Position numbers and translations under genes: made by a program
Notes under the pieces: model-generated
What the model was told of the DNA's origin: nothing
Database searches by the model: none
What the model saw: only the letters and a program-made list of their open reading frames with translations
Source of the DNA: an uncultured delta proteobacterium
Lineage (GTDB): Bacteria; Desulfobacterota; Binatia; Binatales; Binataceae
DNA length: 64,000 nt
Assembly (NCBI GenBank): GCA_963808235.1
Contig: CAWEEQ010000004.1
Coordinates: forward strand, 3,520,001-3,584,000
Direction of reading: 5' to 3'
Part shown: positions 1-9,727 of the stretch, in pieces
How positions within the stretch are numbered: position 1 is the stretch's first letter
Layout of the letters: each line of letters starts with the position of its first letter

Positions 1-676
1 ATGTGAGCGCGGCAAAGTCCTCCGAGGACAGCCCAACCATGTTGCCGGTGCGCGCGACACCTATCGTCCACACTCCCGCTCGCAACCCTTCCTCGATGTC
101 GATAGCAGTGTCTCCGACTTTGACGATTGCCTCGAGTGGTTCGACTTGTAGCTCGATAGCATTGGCGAAGATCATCCATGGATGCGGTCGTCCACCGCCT
201 ACTTCATCCGGAGTAACTGCGCAGTCCGGATGGTAGCCTTGCTTCTCCGCGGGTCGCAGTACCAGGTCAAGCATCGCTCGCGTGTATCCCGTAGTACTTC
301 CAATCTTGATTCCGCGTTTGCGCAAACGCGCAACAGCTTCCGCGACGCCGTCGATCACCTGCGAGTCGCTGACTAAGCACTCGAGTTGGAGCGGCACGAA
401 ATCGGCGAACAGACTTTCTACGTCCGCCTCGCGCGGTTCTTCTCCGATAGCATTGCTCCATCGGCCCGAGACGCCACCCTCCAACAATATTTTCCGAATG
501 TGATCCTTTTTGAGGACTCCCATGTCGCGCCGCGCTTCCTCCTCCGAGATGGAGACGCCGCGCCGCGCAAACACCTGTTGCAGCACGCGCACCGGCGCAA
601 GGCTGCCGTGGTCTACGGTCGTTCCCGCCCAATCGAAAATGACGGCCTTCACCCTTCCTGAATACTTCGCAGTCAC
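1..676 (-). CDS. phnX: Phosphonoacetaldehyde hydrolase (phosphonatase), runs off the left edge of the window
   Basis: Missing from the ORF track because it has no stop in the window. Manual translation from GTG 676 gives MTAKYSGRVKAVIFDWAGTTVDHGSLAP...GSTTGYTRAML...GRPHPWM...VKVGDTAIDIEEGLRAGVWTIGV, the PhnX-type HAD motifs. The start overlaps the upstream stop (TAGTG). Confidence 0.93.
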   Translation of the reverse strand, partial: MTAKYSGRVKAVIFDWAGTTVDHGSLAPVRVLQQVFARRGVSISEEEARRDMGVLKKDHIRKILLEGGVSGRWSNAIGEEPREADVESLFADFVPLQLECLVSDSQVIDGVAEAVARLRKRGIKIGSTTGYTRAMLDLVLRPAEKQGYHPDCAVTPDEVGGGRPHPWMIFANAIELQVEPLEAIVKVGDTAIDIEEGLRAGVWTIGVARTGNMVGLSSEDFAALT

Positions 677-1812
677 TATATCGCCATCTCGCGAATCATC
701 TGTTCCGCCAATCCGAACGACAGCGTCATCCCGGAGCCGCCGACTGCGGTAACGATGCGAACTCCGGGCGCGGCGTCGATCGCGACGTAGGATTTCTCCG
801 GATGCCTGGCGTACACGCCGTACCATCGCTCTCCGATCGCGAGGTCCGGCGCAATCAGGAAGCTCCGCACATTGCGCATCACGAGCTCATCGATTTCGCT
901 TTTGTTGAAGACATCCACGGCGAGACCATACTCGTGCGAATCGCCAAGCGTCAGCGCTCCATCCGCGGTCTGCGAAACCAGGGTATGAATCGCAAACCGA
1001 TCGTATTCCGCCATTTCGCGCGCGATTCGCGCCTTATATTTCGGCAATGTCTCGGTGCAAATTTCAAATGCCGGATAAAACCGCAACGTGAGTCCCGCGG
1101 CGAGCGACGGCCCAAGCTCCCACTTATGTTTCTGCGGCGCGGTACGCATCATCTGCAGCTTGCATCGATCGATTCCACTGTGCGCGAACAATTCCGGGTA
1201 GAGTGTTTCAAAATCGTCACCGCCGCATACAATCGCGTGGCCGGCCTCCCAGGTCTCCGATCCGGCGTCGACGCGCGGTAACTCAATCGATCGCACAACC
1301 GTACCAAAGCGTAACTGAACGCCAAATTTCTCAGTCAGAAAGGCCGGCAGCCGCGCTAGTATCTGTCGCGGATCGACGGTGAGTTCCGTTGGACTCCAGA
1401 TACCGCCAAGAAGCCCATCAGGATTGACGGCTTGGCTTCGTTTCAGCACTTCCGCCGGCAATAGCCACGCGCAGGTGTAACCCAAACTCGGCGCGCGCTC
1501 GACAAACTCGCGCCCCACCTCCGCCTCGTCACGATGATAAACCACGTGGAGCGAGCCGGTCGGACGATACGGCAATCCCGAGGCGTCCAAAATCTCCTGC
1601 CAGATTTGACGACTGCGCGTCGCCATCTGATGTATCGCGCCGGCTCTTTGTCCAATCGGCCAGATCATCCCGAAGTTGCGCACCGACGCCCCCTGCGCCC
1701 TGGGCGTGCGCTCGAACACCACCACCGACTTTCCGCGCTTAGCTGCGAAGTAAGCGTGCGCGAGGCCCAGGATTCCCGCGCCGACGACCGCCACATCTGC
1801 TTTTCGGATCAC
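676..1812 (-). CDS. TIGR03364-family FAD-dependent oxidoreductase (DAO-like), phosphonate-associated
   Basis: VVGAGILGLAHA Rossmann motif, GASVRNFGMIW, GDSHEYG and GGSGMTLSFGLA; translationally coupled to phnX. Confidence 0.85.
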   Translation of the reverse strand: MIRKADVAVVGAGILGLAHAYFAAKRGKSVVVFERTPRAQGASVRNFGMIWPIGQRAGAIHQMATRSRQIWQEILDASGLPYRPTGSLHVVYHRDEAEVGREFVERAPSLGYTCAWLLPAEVLKRSQAVNPDGLLGGIWSPTELTVDPRQILARLPAFLTEKFGVQLRFGTVVRSIELPRVDAGSETWEAGHAIVCGGDDFETLYPELFAHSGIDRCKLQMMRTAPQKHKWELGPSLAAGLTLRFYPAFEICTETLPKYKARIAREMAEYDRFAIHTLVSQTADGALTLGDSHEYGLAVDVFNKSEIDELVMRNVRSFLIAPDLAIGERWYGVYARHPEKSYVAIDAAPGVRIVTAVGGSGMTLSFGLAEQMIREMAI

Positions 1813-1813
1813 T

Positions 1814-3606
1814 TCAGGCGCTTACAATCTGGGTAGCTCGTTCGATAGGTACTTGATCGGGATCAAGCAGCGCGGTTGTCGCTGCTTCTTCCCAATCCGA
1901 TCTTGGCAGCTCGAGCGGATCCTCCGCGCGTAAGCGATGCTCTACGACCATGCGCGCGAGGATCATCCGCCGCGCGTCATGCCCCTTTGCGCCCGCTGTC
2001 GCTCCTTCCCACGTCATCAGCGCCGCGCTCGCTACATTATATAGTGCGTCCGCCGCGAGCCGTGCCAATCGCTCATGCTTGGGCTTCGATGCGACCTCCG
2101 CTGCGAACGCGACTGCGCGATCGACCAGCTGCGCGATCTGCGCGCGAAAGCCGGCCGGCGCCGCGCTCGCGAGCTGCAGTTTCATTTTCAGTGCGCGCCC
2201 CAGCACCTCGTGACCGCCGGATTTGCCGACTGCGCGATTGATCACGTCGAGCGCATTGATATTGCTGGTCCCCTCCCACAGCACGCCGATATGCGCGTCG
2301 CGAATCAGCCGCGAGTTCACCCAATCCTCGATGTACCCGTTGCCGCCGCGCACCTCCATCGCGCCCGTCGCCACCTTGATATTGTCGCGGCACGCGCGGA
2401 ACTTCAGCACCGCCGTCAGGATTCGCATCACCCGCTCGGCTTCCGCGTCGCCGGCGCGCGCGCGATCCATCATGGTCGCATCGTAAGTGAAAACCGAAAG
2501 CGCCTGCTCAGTCGGCACCATCAGCTTCATCAACTGGCGCCTGAGCAGTGGATGCTCGATGATCGGCCGGCCGAACGCCGCGCGATTGCCCGCGACCTGC
2601 ATCGACTCGTTAAGGCATCGTCGCATCATCCCGGCCGCGCGCGCGCCATGCGACATCCGGCTCATATTGACCATGTCCATCATCTGCCGAGGCCTCGGTC
2701 GATTGCGCCGAGCTGATACGCGATTGCGCCCTCGAGCACCACTTCTCCACTCGCCATCGAACGCGTTCCGAATTTTTCCTTGAGCCGTGCGATTCGATAA
2801 TTGTTGCGCTCGCCGTTCTCCAGTCGCCGCGGCATGATGAAAAGCCCGAGCCCTCGCGAGCCCGCGGGCGCACCATCCGGCCGCGCCAGCAGCAGCACCA
2901 CGTCGCCGTCAACCGCCGAACAAAACCACTTGTCGCCGTAAAGCCGCCAGAAATCTCCCTCGCGCCTGGCAACCACCGCGCTGTTGGCGAGGTCGGATCC
3001 GCCCGCCCGCTCGGTCATGTATTGCGCGCCCTTGAAAATCTCGTCCATGTTTTGCGACAGCATGCGGCTTAAGTAACGCGCCTTGATATCCTCGCTGCCG
3101 TAGTTCTCCACCAGCACCGCGCCGGTATCGGTCACGCTGACCGGACACATCAGGCCAAACTCCGCCTGCACGAACAAATATTGAAACGCGTACTTCGCTA
3201 TATAAGGAAGCGGCTCCGGCCATCCGAGTACGCCCGCCCGATGCGCCATCGCATGGAGCCCGAATTCGCCGAACGCAATCCGTTCCATCTCGCGATACGC
3301 CGGATGAAACTCGACCCAATCCTCGTCGCGCCCAAACCGATCGCGCGGATGCAACACCGGCGGATGCTTGTCCGCAATCTCCGCCAGCTCGTCGAGCCTG
3401 CCGCCGGCAAGCTCGCCGAGCCTCTCGAGATGCGGCTCCATCGCAGCCCGCAACCGCGGCTCCATGTGCAGATCGAGCAAGGCACGCAGCCCGTGATCGA
3501 TACGATAGAAATTCATCCCCCGACAATCAGGCGCAACCAGCGCCGCCGCACTCTGATCGCTTCCGGCCTGGCGCGTTGCGAGTCTTTCGGGATTCACGGA
3601 TGCCAT
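1814..3606 (-). CDS. Acyl-CoA dehydrogenase, AidB-like; split by one frameshift near 2688
   Basis: 5' ORF has CPVSVT, MTERAGGSD, GDKWFCS and RLKEKFGTRSMASGE. 3' ORF has MVNMSR, GGNGYIEDW and LWEGTSNI. The junction GGC CTC GGC AGA TGA needs one more base to read GL-x-QMMDMVN. Confidence 0.85.
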
Positions 3607-3705
3607 AGAACGTTTACAATTAATCTTTTCGCATCGCGATGGCTACAAACGCGGGCCGTCGTCGAGAACGCCGCTGTTCATCCTTTGCGGAGCGATCGGG
3701 ATGCA

Positions 3706-4662
3706 CTAACCCCTGAGTTTCGTTTCGAACTCGACCAGTAGCTGTGTGAACTGTTCCGGATGTTCGCCGTGCATCGAGTGCGGCATGCGCGGAAAGGACC
3801 TGTAGTCGATCGACTGTCCAGCGCGCGAAACCAGTTCGCATACGCGCTTTGCCTGCAGGTCCGAGGCAGCACCTAATAGGTAGCCTCCGTTCTCGTCGAC
3901 GTGGCGGAAATGATGCGTGTACAGCACCGGACATTTAACGCTGGCCAGCATCCGCGCGTGATCGCACCCGGCGTATACGGAACCCTCCCAGAAGGCGCGC
4001 GCCCATTCCGGATCGTATTCCTTGACGCGCTGCGGAATTTCGCCGGCCGGACCAAACATCATCGGAATTGCGCGCGACAGCCAGTCGGGAAGCTCGGTCT
4101 TTGCGGCTTCGAGCATTCCAGCCCAATCGCCGACGCTCCATTGGTCGCCCAGGTATTTGCTCATAAGTGCAAAAGTCGGCCCGATAGTTTGGCGGATAGA
4201 CGGCCCGCAAGAAGTATCGACCTCTGACGAGAACAACGGCGGATCTTCGTATACAGCGCCGCGGATCGTGCCCGGCATCTCGTACGCGGAAAGCCACGCG
4301 CTGATCACGCCTCCCGACGAGAGTCCGCTGACGATCACCGGCTGCCCGATAGCGAGCGCGATAAACCGCACCATGTCGTTGCCGAAGTTGTCGAGCGTAT
4401 AACGCCCCGGCGTCCTGCTCGATCTTCCCTGTCCCCGCAAGTCGACCGCGAACGCCTGGAAGTGCTCTTGCAGCAGACCCATTGCCTGCTCGTAGCCCCA
4501 CCACGATTCGGTCTGTCCCGGGATCAGCAACAACGCAGGCTTGTCGCGCGCTCCCGCCACCGCGTAGTTGATCACGGCCTCGCCGATGTCGATCGTTTGC
4601 TCCGGATAGGCGTGCGCGACGTAGGTCGCCGCGTTGTCGGGCCCGAACGGGAGTGGCTTCAT
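3706..4662 (-). CDS. Alpha/beta-fold hydrolase (esterase-like)
   Basis: Oxyanion segment LIPGQTESWW, VDLRGQGRS, nucleophile elbow GLSSGG and C-terminal His (PHSMH). Start overlaps the upstream stop (ATGA). Confidence 0.85.
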   Translation of the reverse strand: MKPLPFGPDNAATYVAHAYPEQTIDIGEAVINYAVAGARDKPALLLIPGQTESWWGYEQAMGLLQEHFQAFAVDLRGQGRSSRTPGRYTLDNFGNDMVRFIALAIGQPVIVSGLSSGGVISAWLSAYEMPGTIRGAVYEDPPLFSSEVDTSCGPSIRQTIGPTFALMSKYLGDQWSVGDWAGMLEAAKTELPDWLSRAIPMMFGPAGEIPQRVKEYDPEWARAFWEGSVYAGCDHARMLASVKCPVLYTHHFRHVDENGGYLLGAASDLQAKRVCELVSRAGQSIDYRSFPRMPHSMHGEHPEQFTQLLVEFETKLRG

Positions 4663-5600
4663 GATCTTTCTCTTCGCAGACGCGGAAACAGCGCCTCGGC
4701 GTTGCCTCGATCGATCGATGCGCGTTGCGCGTCGTTCAGCGAGTAGCGCTCATACATCCCGGTGAACGCGCCGACTATAGGGTCCGCGGCATACGGCCAG
4801 TCACTTCCGTAGAGTATGTGGTCGGGCCGCGCAAACGCCATTAAGCTCGGCAGCGCCGTAGGACTCCCGGAAAGCGCGAGGTCGAAGTAGAACTTCTGCA
4901 ACTGCGCGAGTCCGTCCGCAAAATCCCGCTTCGGCGACGCCGCTCCAGCGATCCGATGCGCCGCGTACGGCACGAACCCGCCCGCATGCGACAGGATCAC
5001 TTTGATATCGGGACAGCGATCGAGCGTGCCCGATCCCGCCAGCCGCACTGCCGCGCGCGTCGTATCGAGCAGGAAATCCGCGATGTACGCCGGCACCCCC
5101 ACGAGCGGCTCAATCCCGTACAGCTGCGACGGATGCACGAACACGACGGCCTTGCGCTTGTTCAATTCGTCGAACAGCGGATCGAATGCCGGGTCGCCTG
5201 GATAAATCCCGCGGCTGTTTGCGAGGATAACGACGCCGTCGGCGTGCAGCTTGTCGAACGCATACGCAGCTTCGTCAATCGCTCCTTTGACGTCAGGCAG
5301 GGTGAGCGTCGCGAAGAATCCGAATCGGCTCGGATTCTTCCGCACCACCTCGGATGCGAACTCATTCACCTCGCGCGCCTTTTCGCGCGCCTCGACGTCA
5401 TCGCCCAGATGAACTCCCGGCGTCGATACCGACACGATCGCGGTCTGAATCCCGTACTTGTCCATCAGCGCGATCGCGGAATCGGCACTCCACTCCGGAA
5501 TGGGCAGTCCTCCGGCTTCGGCCCCCTTCCGCCGCAGCCAAGCCGCATACGACCCAGGCACAACATGCTGATGCGTATCGATACGTCGAAGAGCCGCCAT
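4659..5600 (-). CDS. Amidohydrolase_2-family protein (6-methylsalicylate/hydroxybenzoate decarboxylase-like)
   Basis: IDTHQH, VFVHP, LSHAGGFVPY and LYGSDWPY motifs; ATG 5600 preceded by GAGG. Confidence 0.8.
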   Translation of the reverse strand: MAALRRIDTHQHVVPGSYAAWLRRKGAEAGGLPIPEWSADSAIALMDKYGIQTAIVSVSTPGVHLGDDVEAREKAREVNEFASEVVRKNPSRFGFFATLTLPDVKGAIDEAAYAFDKLHADGVVILANSRGIYPGDPAFDPLFDELNKRKAVVFVHPSQLYGIEPLVGVPAYIADFLLDTTRAAVRLAGSGTLDRCPDIKVILSHAGGFVPYAAHRIAGAASPKRDFADGLAQLQKFYFDLALSGSPTALPSLMAFARPDHILYGSDWPYAADPIVGAFTGMYERYSLNDAQRASIDRGNAEALFPRLRRERS

Positions 5601-5736
5601 GTCGATCCTCCCGACCAGTCGCAGCAAAGCACCGCGGACCAGAATACCTCGCTCGTTATTTTATGGGAGAGGTGGCCGACCACCAGGCGGTCGGTAGGTG
5701 AGGGTTCTGCGGAGAACGAGCCCGCCACCCGCCGTT

Positions 5737-5772
5737 GTTGACTGTCAACTTTCATCCTGTTATGTATACAAT
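5737..5772 (+). promoter_or_regulatory. Putative sigma70 promoter of the islet with an overlapping palindrome
   Basis: TTGACT (5738-5743), 17-nt spacer, TGn-TATGTA (5758-5766). The perfect palindrome GTTGAC-T-GTCAAC (5737-5749) covers the -35 box. Confidence 0.45.
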
Positions 5773-5795
5773 TAAGGACGAGAGGTTCAACGGCG

Positions 5796-6221
5796 ATGCC
5801 GACGAAAAAGCAGAAGCCCACCGATTTATCGAGCGATACCATCGTGGTTTCGTTTCGTGCTCCGCGTGATTTGGTTAACCAGCTAGACAAATTCGCTCTG
5901 GGAGATCAGCGCACGCGGGCAAACTTCATCGTCCGCACCCTAACGCAAGCAGTCACGCTCGAACCGGCAATTCAGGTGATTGAGCAAATTCTCCCCATGC
6001 TTGTCGAGGAAGACAAGAGAGACTCCGGTAGCATTCAGACCGAATACAATCGGGGGCTAATGATGGGTGCTCGATGGGTTATTGAAGCGTTCTTTGGAAA
6101 GCGTGCGATCCGCTGGGTCAACCAGAGGGTCCGCACGCGCACCGGTTTGCCAATGCCTCACGCGATTGCACTCGCCCGCGACGGCAATCGCTATGGATTC
6201 GATTCCGAAGCGGACTTTTGA
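5796..6221 (+). CDS. Small protein with an N-terminal ribbon-helix-helix (CopG/Arc-like) domain
   Basis: IVVSFRAPRDLVNQLDKFALGDQRTRANFIVRTL fits the RHH strand-helix-helix pattern; GAGG RBS upstream. Confidence 0.6.
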   Translation: MPTKKQKPTDLSSDTIVVSFRAPRDLVNQLDKFALGDQRTRANFIVRTLTQAVTLEPAIQVIEQILPMLVEEDKRDSGSIQTEYNRGLMMGARWVIEAFFGKRAIRWVNQRVRTRTGLPMPHAIALARDGNRYGFDSEADF

Positions 6222-7051
6222 GGCAGTTCTCCATGGGACAGCTTGGGATAGGATTGGTGGTCATTCTTTTCGCAGCTCTCTCCTCGTCCATGGCATTAGA
6301 GGCTGAAAGCGTTCCCCCATCCAGAACCAAACCCCCATCAAGCTTTCAGGTCTATGGCAAGGACGGCAGTGAGGTCTTGAGCGCCGAGTGCGCGCCAATT
6401 GCTCCAATTGATCCCGGTCTTCCTCAGAAGGAGTGGGAGTCTCGCCGAAATGCTGCAATCGCCGTGTCCTGTGATTTTCTGGACCTCAGAATCAACGGTC
6501 CTGATCTGAAGAAGACCGAAGCATCAAGAGCTGAAATGGAGAGCGCGTTAAAGAAGCCCGATGCGCTTCCGACGCCCGACAAGGAGATGTTGCAGAAAAT
6601 ACGGGACAAGTTGAACGACAAAAGCATAGGACCAAAAGAAGCAGACTTCCTAAAGCGCCTGCTTGTTGCCGAGAGATCGAACGACCAACGGTCAATTGTC
6701 AGTCTGATCCTGGATATGGACCGCAGGACGTGCGGGATTTACGCACAGGATTTTTCGGTCGATTTTAAAAAAATTGGCGAGACCACTTGGGTTAGCGATG
6801 GTTCTCCCCAGGGACTTTGCAAGATGGTATCAATCTACAAGCTTGAGCGCGGCAGTTTTGATGGCGATTGGACCCTCACACAAACCAATTTGGCGGTCGG
6901 AGGACCGAGGGGCTCGATCTGCGATGATTTGCGGAAGGGACTAGATTCCACTCCCGAGGTTTTCGGAGGCGAAGACTCGCGGAAGAACTTTGAATTCCCC
7001 TGTGACTTCATCGACTGGACAGGCAGTTCGAGCGCGTTCCTTCACCGATAA
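6218..7051 (+). CDS. Secreted hypothetical protein with six Cys
   Basis: Signal-like N-terminus (LGIGLVVILFAALSSSMA); six Cys in the mature part; TTG start overlaps the upstream TGA. Confidence 0.65.
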   Translation: MRQFSMGQLGIGLVVILFAALSSSMALEAESVPPSRTKPPSSFQVYGKDGSEVLSAECAPIAPIDPGLPQKEWESRRNAAIAVSCDFLDLRINGPDLKKTEASRAEMESALKKPDALPTPDKEMLQKIRDKLNDKSIGPKEADFLKRLLVAERSNDQRSIVSLILDMDRRTCGIYAQDFSVDFKKIGETTWVSDGSPQGLCKMVSIYKLERGSFDGDWTLTQTNLAVGGPRGSICDDLRKGLDSTPEVFGGEDSRKNFEFPCDFIDWTGSSSAFLHR

Positions 7052-7066
7052 TGTAGTATCTCTCCA

Positions 7067-8020
7067 GTGGATCCTTTTGCTCGAATTTTCACGCCCGACA
7101 TTATTGACAAGATGCGTGTACGCGCTGTCAACACACGTAATGCCGATTTTAGGTACAGGGTTGTTTCAGTACCACAAAGAATGGCCGATAAAGAGGTTGA
7201 CTGGCACAGCCGGGATTTCGAGTTGGAATTCCTGCGCGAAAAGCAACGGAAGTGGCGCGAATGGATTGGTGTGGCGTGGAACTCCGGGTTTTTTCAGGAG
7301 CCCTACGGCGGTGATCTGAGAAGCAGGCTTGCCGGAAAGGATGACGATGGGTTTCGTTCGGCTCTAGGAGAGTGCATGGCCTGTTGGGCACTGTCTCAAG
7401 ACCTGCGGATGAGCGTGAGTCCGAGACCCAAAGGCAGGGATGCTTGCGTGCTTGAATTGTCGGTCGAAACGGAACGCGGGGAGATTCACGTAGAGGTTAA
7501 ATCTCCAAGACTCGTTGAGGACTCGCGCTCGTCAGATGGCGACATCACAGCTAGCGATGGAGGAGCCTTCGATGCCCGTTGGGCCGTCGAACCGCTTAGC
7601 CGTGCATTACAATCTGCAAACAAACAGTTTTCAGATGGGTGCCAGAATGTCTTGATATTGGCGTTGCCAGAATTGTCCGATGGTCCTGTCGGAATCTGCT
7701 GCGACAATTGGCCTTGGTCGCTGATCCAATCCTTTTACGGAGAGGAGCGATTGGTCACGCCTCCCATGGGCCAACCTGTTAGCAAGTTCTTTCCAAACGG
7801 TCACTTCTTGAAGCAGTTCGCGAGTGTTCCACGCTTTACTCGAACTAGCGCCGTGGTTGTTGTAGAGGATCTGGGTTGGTACCCAAGACTCCAGACTGTC
7901 GTCCTGCACAATCCCTACGCGAAATACTTAACATCCGCATCAACGTTCGGTGACTGGCGACAGCTAGTCCCTCATGAAGGTGAGTTGCGTTGGAGCACGG
8001 AACGGTTGATTCGCGTGTAG
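7067..8020 (+). CDS. Hypothetical protein, possible restriction-endonuclease-like (PD-(D/E)XK) fold
   Basis: 317-aa ORF with an E...LE-x10-VEVKSP arrangement, SANKQF, and C-terminal SAVVVVE / HNPYA. Confidence 0.5.
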   Translation: MDPFARIFTPDIIDKMRVRAVNTRNADFRYRVVSVPQRMADKEVDWHSRDFELEFLREKQRKWREWIGVAWNSGFFQEPYGGDLRSRLAGKDDDGFRSALGECMACWALSQDLRMSVSPRPKGRDACVLELSVETERGEIHVEVKSPRLVEDSRSSDGDITASDGGAFDARWAVEPLSRALQSANKQFSDGCQNVLILALPELSDGPVGICCDNWPWSLIQSFYGEERLVTPPMGQPVSKFFPNGHFLKQFASVPRFTRTSAVVVVEDLGWYPRLQTVVLHNPYAKYLTSASTFGDWRQLVPHEGELRWSTERLIRV

Positions 8021-8164
8021 TTCTCCCCACCGTGCAAGAGCGTCCTGCTCCCTGCGCGCTTAAGACGGGAAATCCAAAACGCACTCGAAGCTTGCAGGGG
8101 CCGCCCCTTGCACTCACGCCAAGGGACTTCTTCTTTTACTCCTCATTCACACTTCTAACAGGCG

Positions 8165-8190
8165 CCCTTCGACTTCGCTCAGGACAGGCT
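8165..8190. repeat. REP-like intergenic element
   Basis: CCCTTCGACTTCGCTCAGGACAGGCT; shares the core CTTCGCTCAG with the element at 25140-25228. Confidence 0.5.
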
Positions 8191-8247
8191 CCGCGCCGCA
8201 TCTTTCTTTTAACACTGCGTGCAGGGGTCACCCCTGCCCAGGGAAGT

Positions 8248-8276
8248 ATGAAACCCACGGTGGGTTTCATTACAAT
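8248..8276 (+). promoter_or_regulatory. Perfect 23-bp operator palindrome directly followed by a -10 box, upstream of the LLM gene
   Basis: ATGAAACCCAC-G-GTGGGTTTCAT (8248-8270), then TACAAT (8271-8276). A second palindrome, GCAGGGGT-C-ACCCCTGC, lies at 8221-8237. Confidence 0.65.
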
Positions 8277-8347
8277 TAACTTCCTGATCGATCCGCCAAC
8301 CGCGCCTGCAAACTCCGGCTGGTCTGCGATCTAAGGGAGCACGCCAC

Positions 8348-9727
8348 ATGAGGTTCGGACTCTTCTATGAACATCAACTTCCCCGGCCCTGGACTGAGCA
8401 CAGCGAAGAGACGCTGATTCATCATGCGCTCGAGCAGATTGAGCTTGCCGATCGGCTCGGCTTCCACAGCGTCTGGGAAGTCGAGCATCACTTTCTCGAG
8501 GAGTATTCGCATTCGAGCGCGCCGGAAGTTTTTCTTGCGGCTGCCAGTCAACGCACCAAAAATATCCGGCTCGGACACGGCATCATTCTGACCGCGCCCG
8601 GATACAATCATCCGGCGCGCACTGCGGAGCGGGTCTCGATGCTCGATCTTGTCTCCCATGGCCGCGTCGAGTTCGGCTCGGGTGAATCGGGGTCGATGTC
8701 CGAGCTGGGCGGATTCAATCTTGCTCCGATGCTCAAGCGCGAGATGTGGCGCGAGGGCCTCGAAGTCGCGGTCCGATGCATGTCCGAGACGCCATTTGCC
8801 GGCGTCGAGGGCAAGTACGTCCGGATGGAACCGCGCAACGTGGTGCCCAAGCCGGTCCAGAAACCGCATCCGCCGCTGTGGGTTGCATGCTCTCGCCGCG
8901 AGACCATCACGCTCGCCGCGGAACTCGGAATCGGCGCGCTCACTTTCGCTTTCATCGATCCGGAAGAGGCGGTCCATTGGGTGACCGATTATCGCAAGAC
9001 GCTGGCCGAGCGATGCGTTCCGATTGGCGGCGCGATCAATCCCGAAGTCGCGTGCGTGACGCCCATGATGGTCCATCATGACGAGCGCGAGGCGATTCTG
9101 CGCGGTCTCGAAGGTGGAAATTTCTTCGGCTACTCGCTCGGCCACTTCTATATCTTCGGCGATCACAAGCCCGGACGCACCGACGTGTGGAGCGAATTTC
9201 AAAAGCGGCGCGCCGAGCGCGGCTTCTCACCGGACGTCGCGATCGCGATGCGCCAGCGGCGGCTCGCCGCGCGCCTCGACGACAGTGCAGGCAGCCAGCA
9301 GGGAATCCGCGGCGCGGTCGGCACCCCCGAGCAGTTGCGCGAGTATCTGCGCCGTTACGAAGAGGCCGGCGTCGACCAGATGATCTTCGTGATGCAGGCC
9401 GGGATGAACAAGCACGAGCACATCATGGAGGCGATCGAACTGTTCGCGCGCGATGTGCTGCCGGAGTTCGCCGAACGCGACGAAGAACTGCGCCGGATAA
9501 AGCGCGATTTGCTCGCACCCGCGATCGAAGCCGCGATGAAACGTGAAAAACGTAAACCCGAACGCGCGCCGCAGGTCCCCGACGACTACACGATTCCCGC
9601 GCTGGCGAAGCCGTTCGTCGAAGCGCATGGCGGCCACGAACTGGTCGAGAAGCTGGCCAACGATTCCGCGATCGGAATCCCGCGCCCGCGCGATTTGCAG
9701 GAGCAACTGATAGCGCGCCGGAAATGA
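8348..9727 (+). CDS. Luciferase-like (LLM class) flavin-dependent oxidoreductase
   Basis: MRFGLFYE, WEVEHHFLEEYSHSSAPE, AERVSMLDLVSHGRVEFG and PKPVQKPHPPLWVA. Confidence 0.92.
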   Translation: MRFGLFYEHQLPRPWTEHSEETLIHHALEQIELADRLGFHSVWEVEHHFLEEYSHSSAPEVFLAAASQRTKNIRLGHGIILTAPGYNHPARTAERVSMLDLVSHGRVEFGSGESGSMSELGGFNLAPMLKREMWREGLEVAVRCMSETPFAGVEGKYVRMEPRNVVPKPVQKPHPPLWVACSRRETITLAAELGIGALTFAFIDPEEAVHWVTDYRKTLAERCVPIGGAINPEVACVTPMMVHHDEREAILRGLEGGNFFGYSLGHFYIFGDHKPGRTDVWSEFQKRRAERGFSPDVAIAMRQRRLAARLDDSAGSQQGIRGAVGTPEQLREYLRRYEEAGVDQMIFVMQAGMNKHEHIMEAIELFARDVLPEFAERDEELRRIKRDLLAPAIEAAMKREKRKPERAPQVPDDYTIPALAKPFVEAHGGHELVEKLANDSAIGIPRPRDLQEQLIARRK

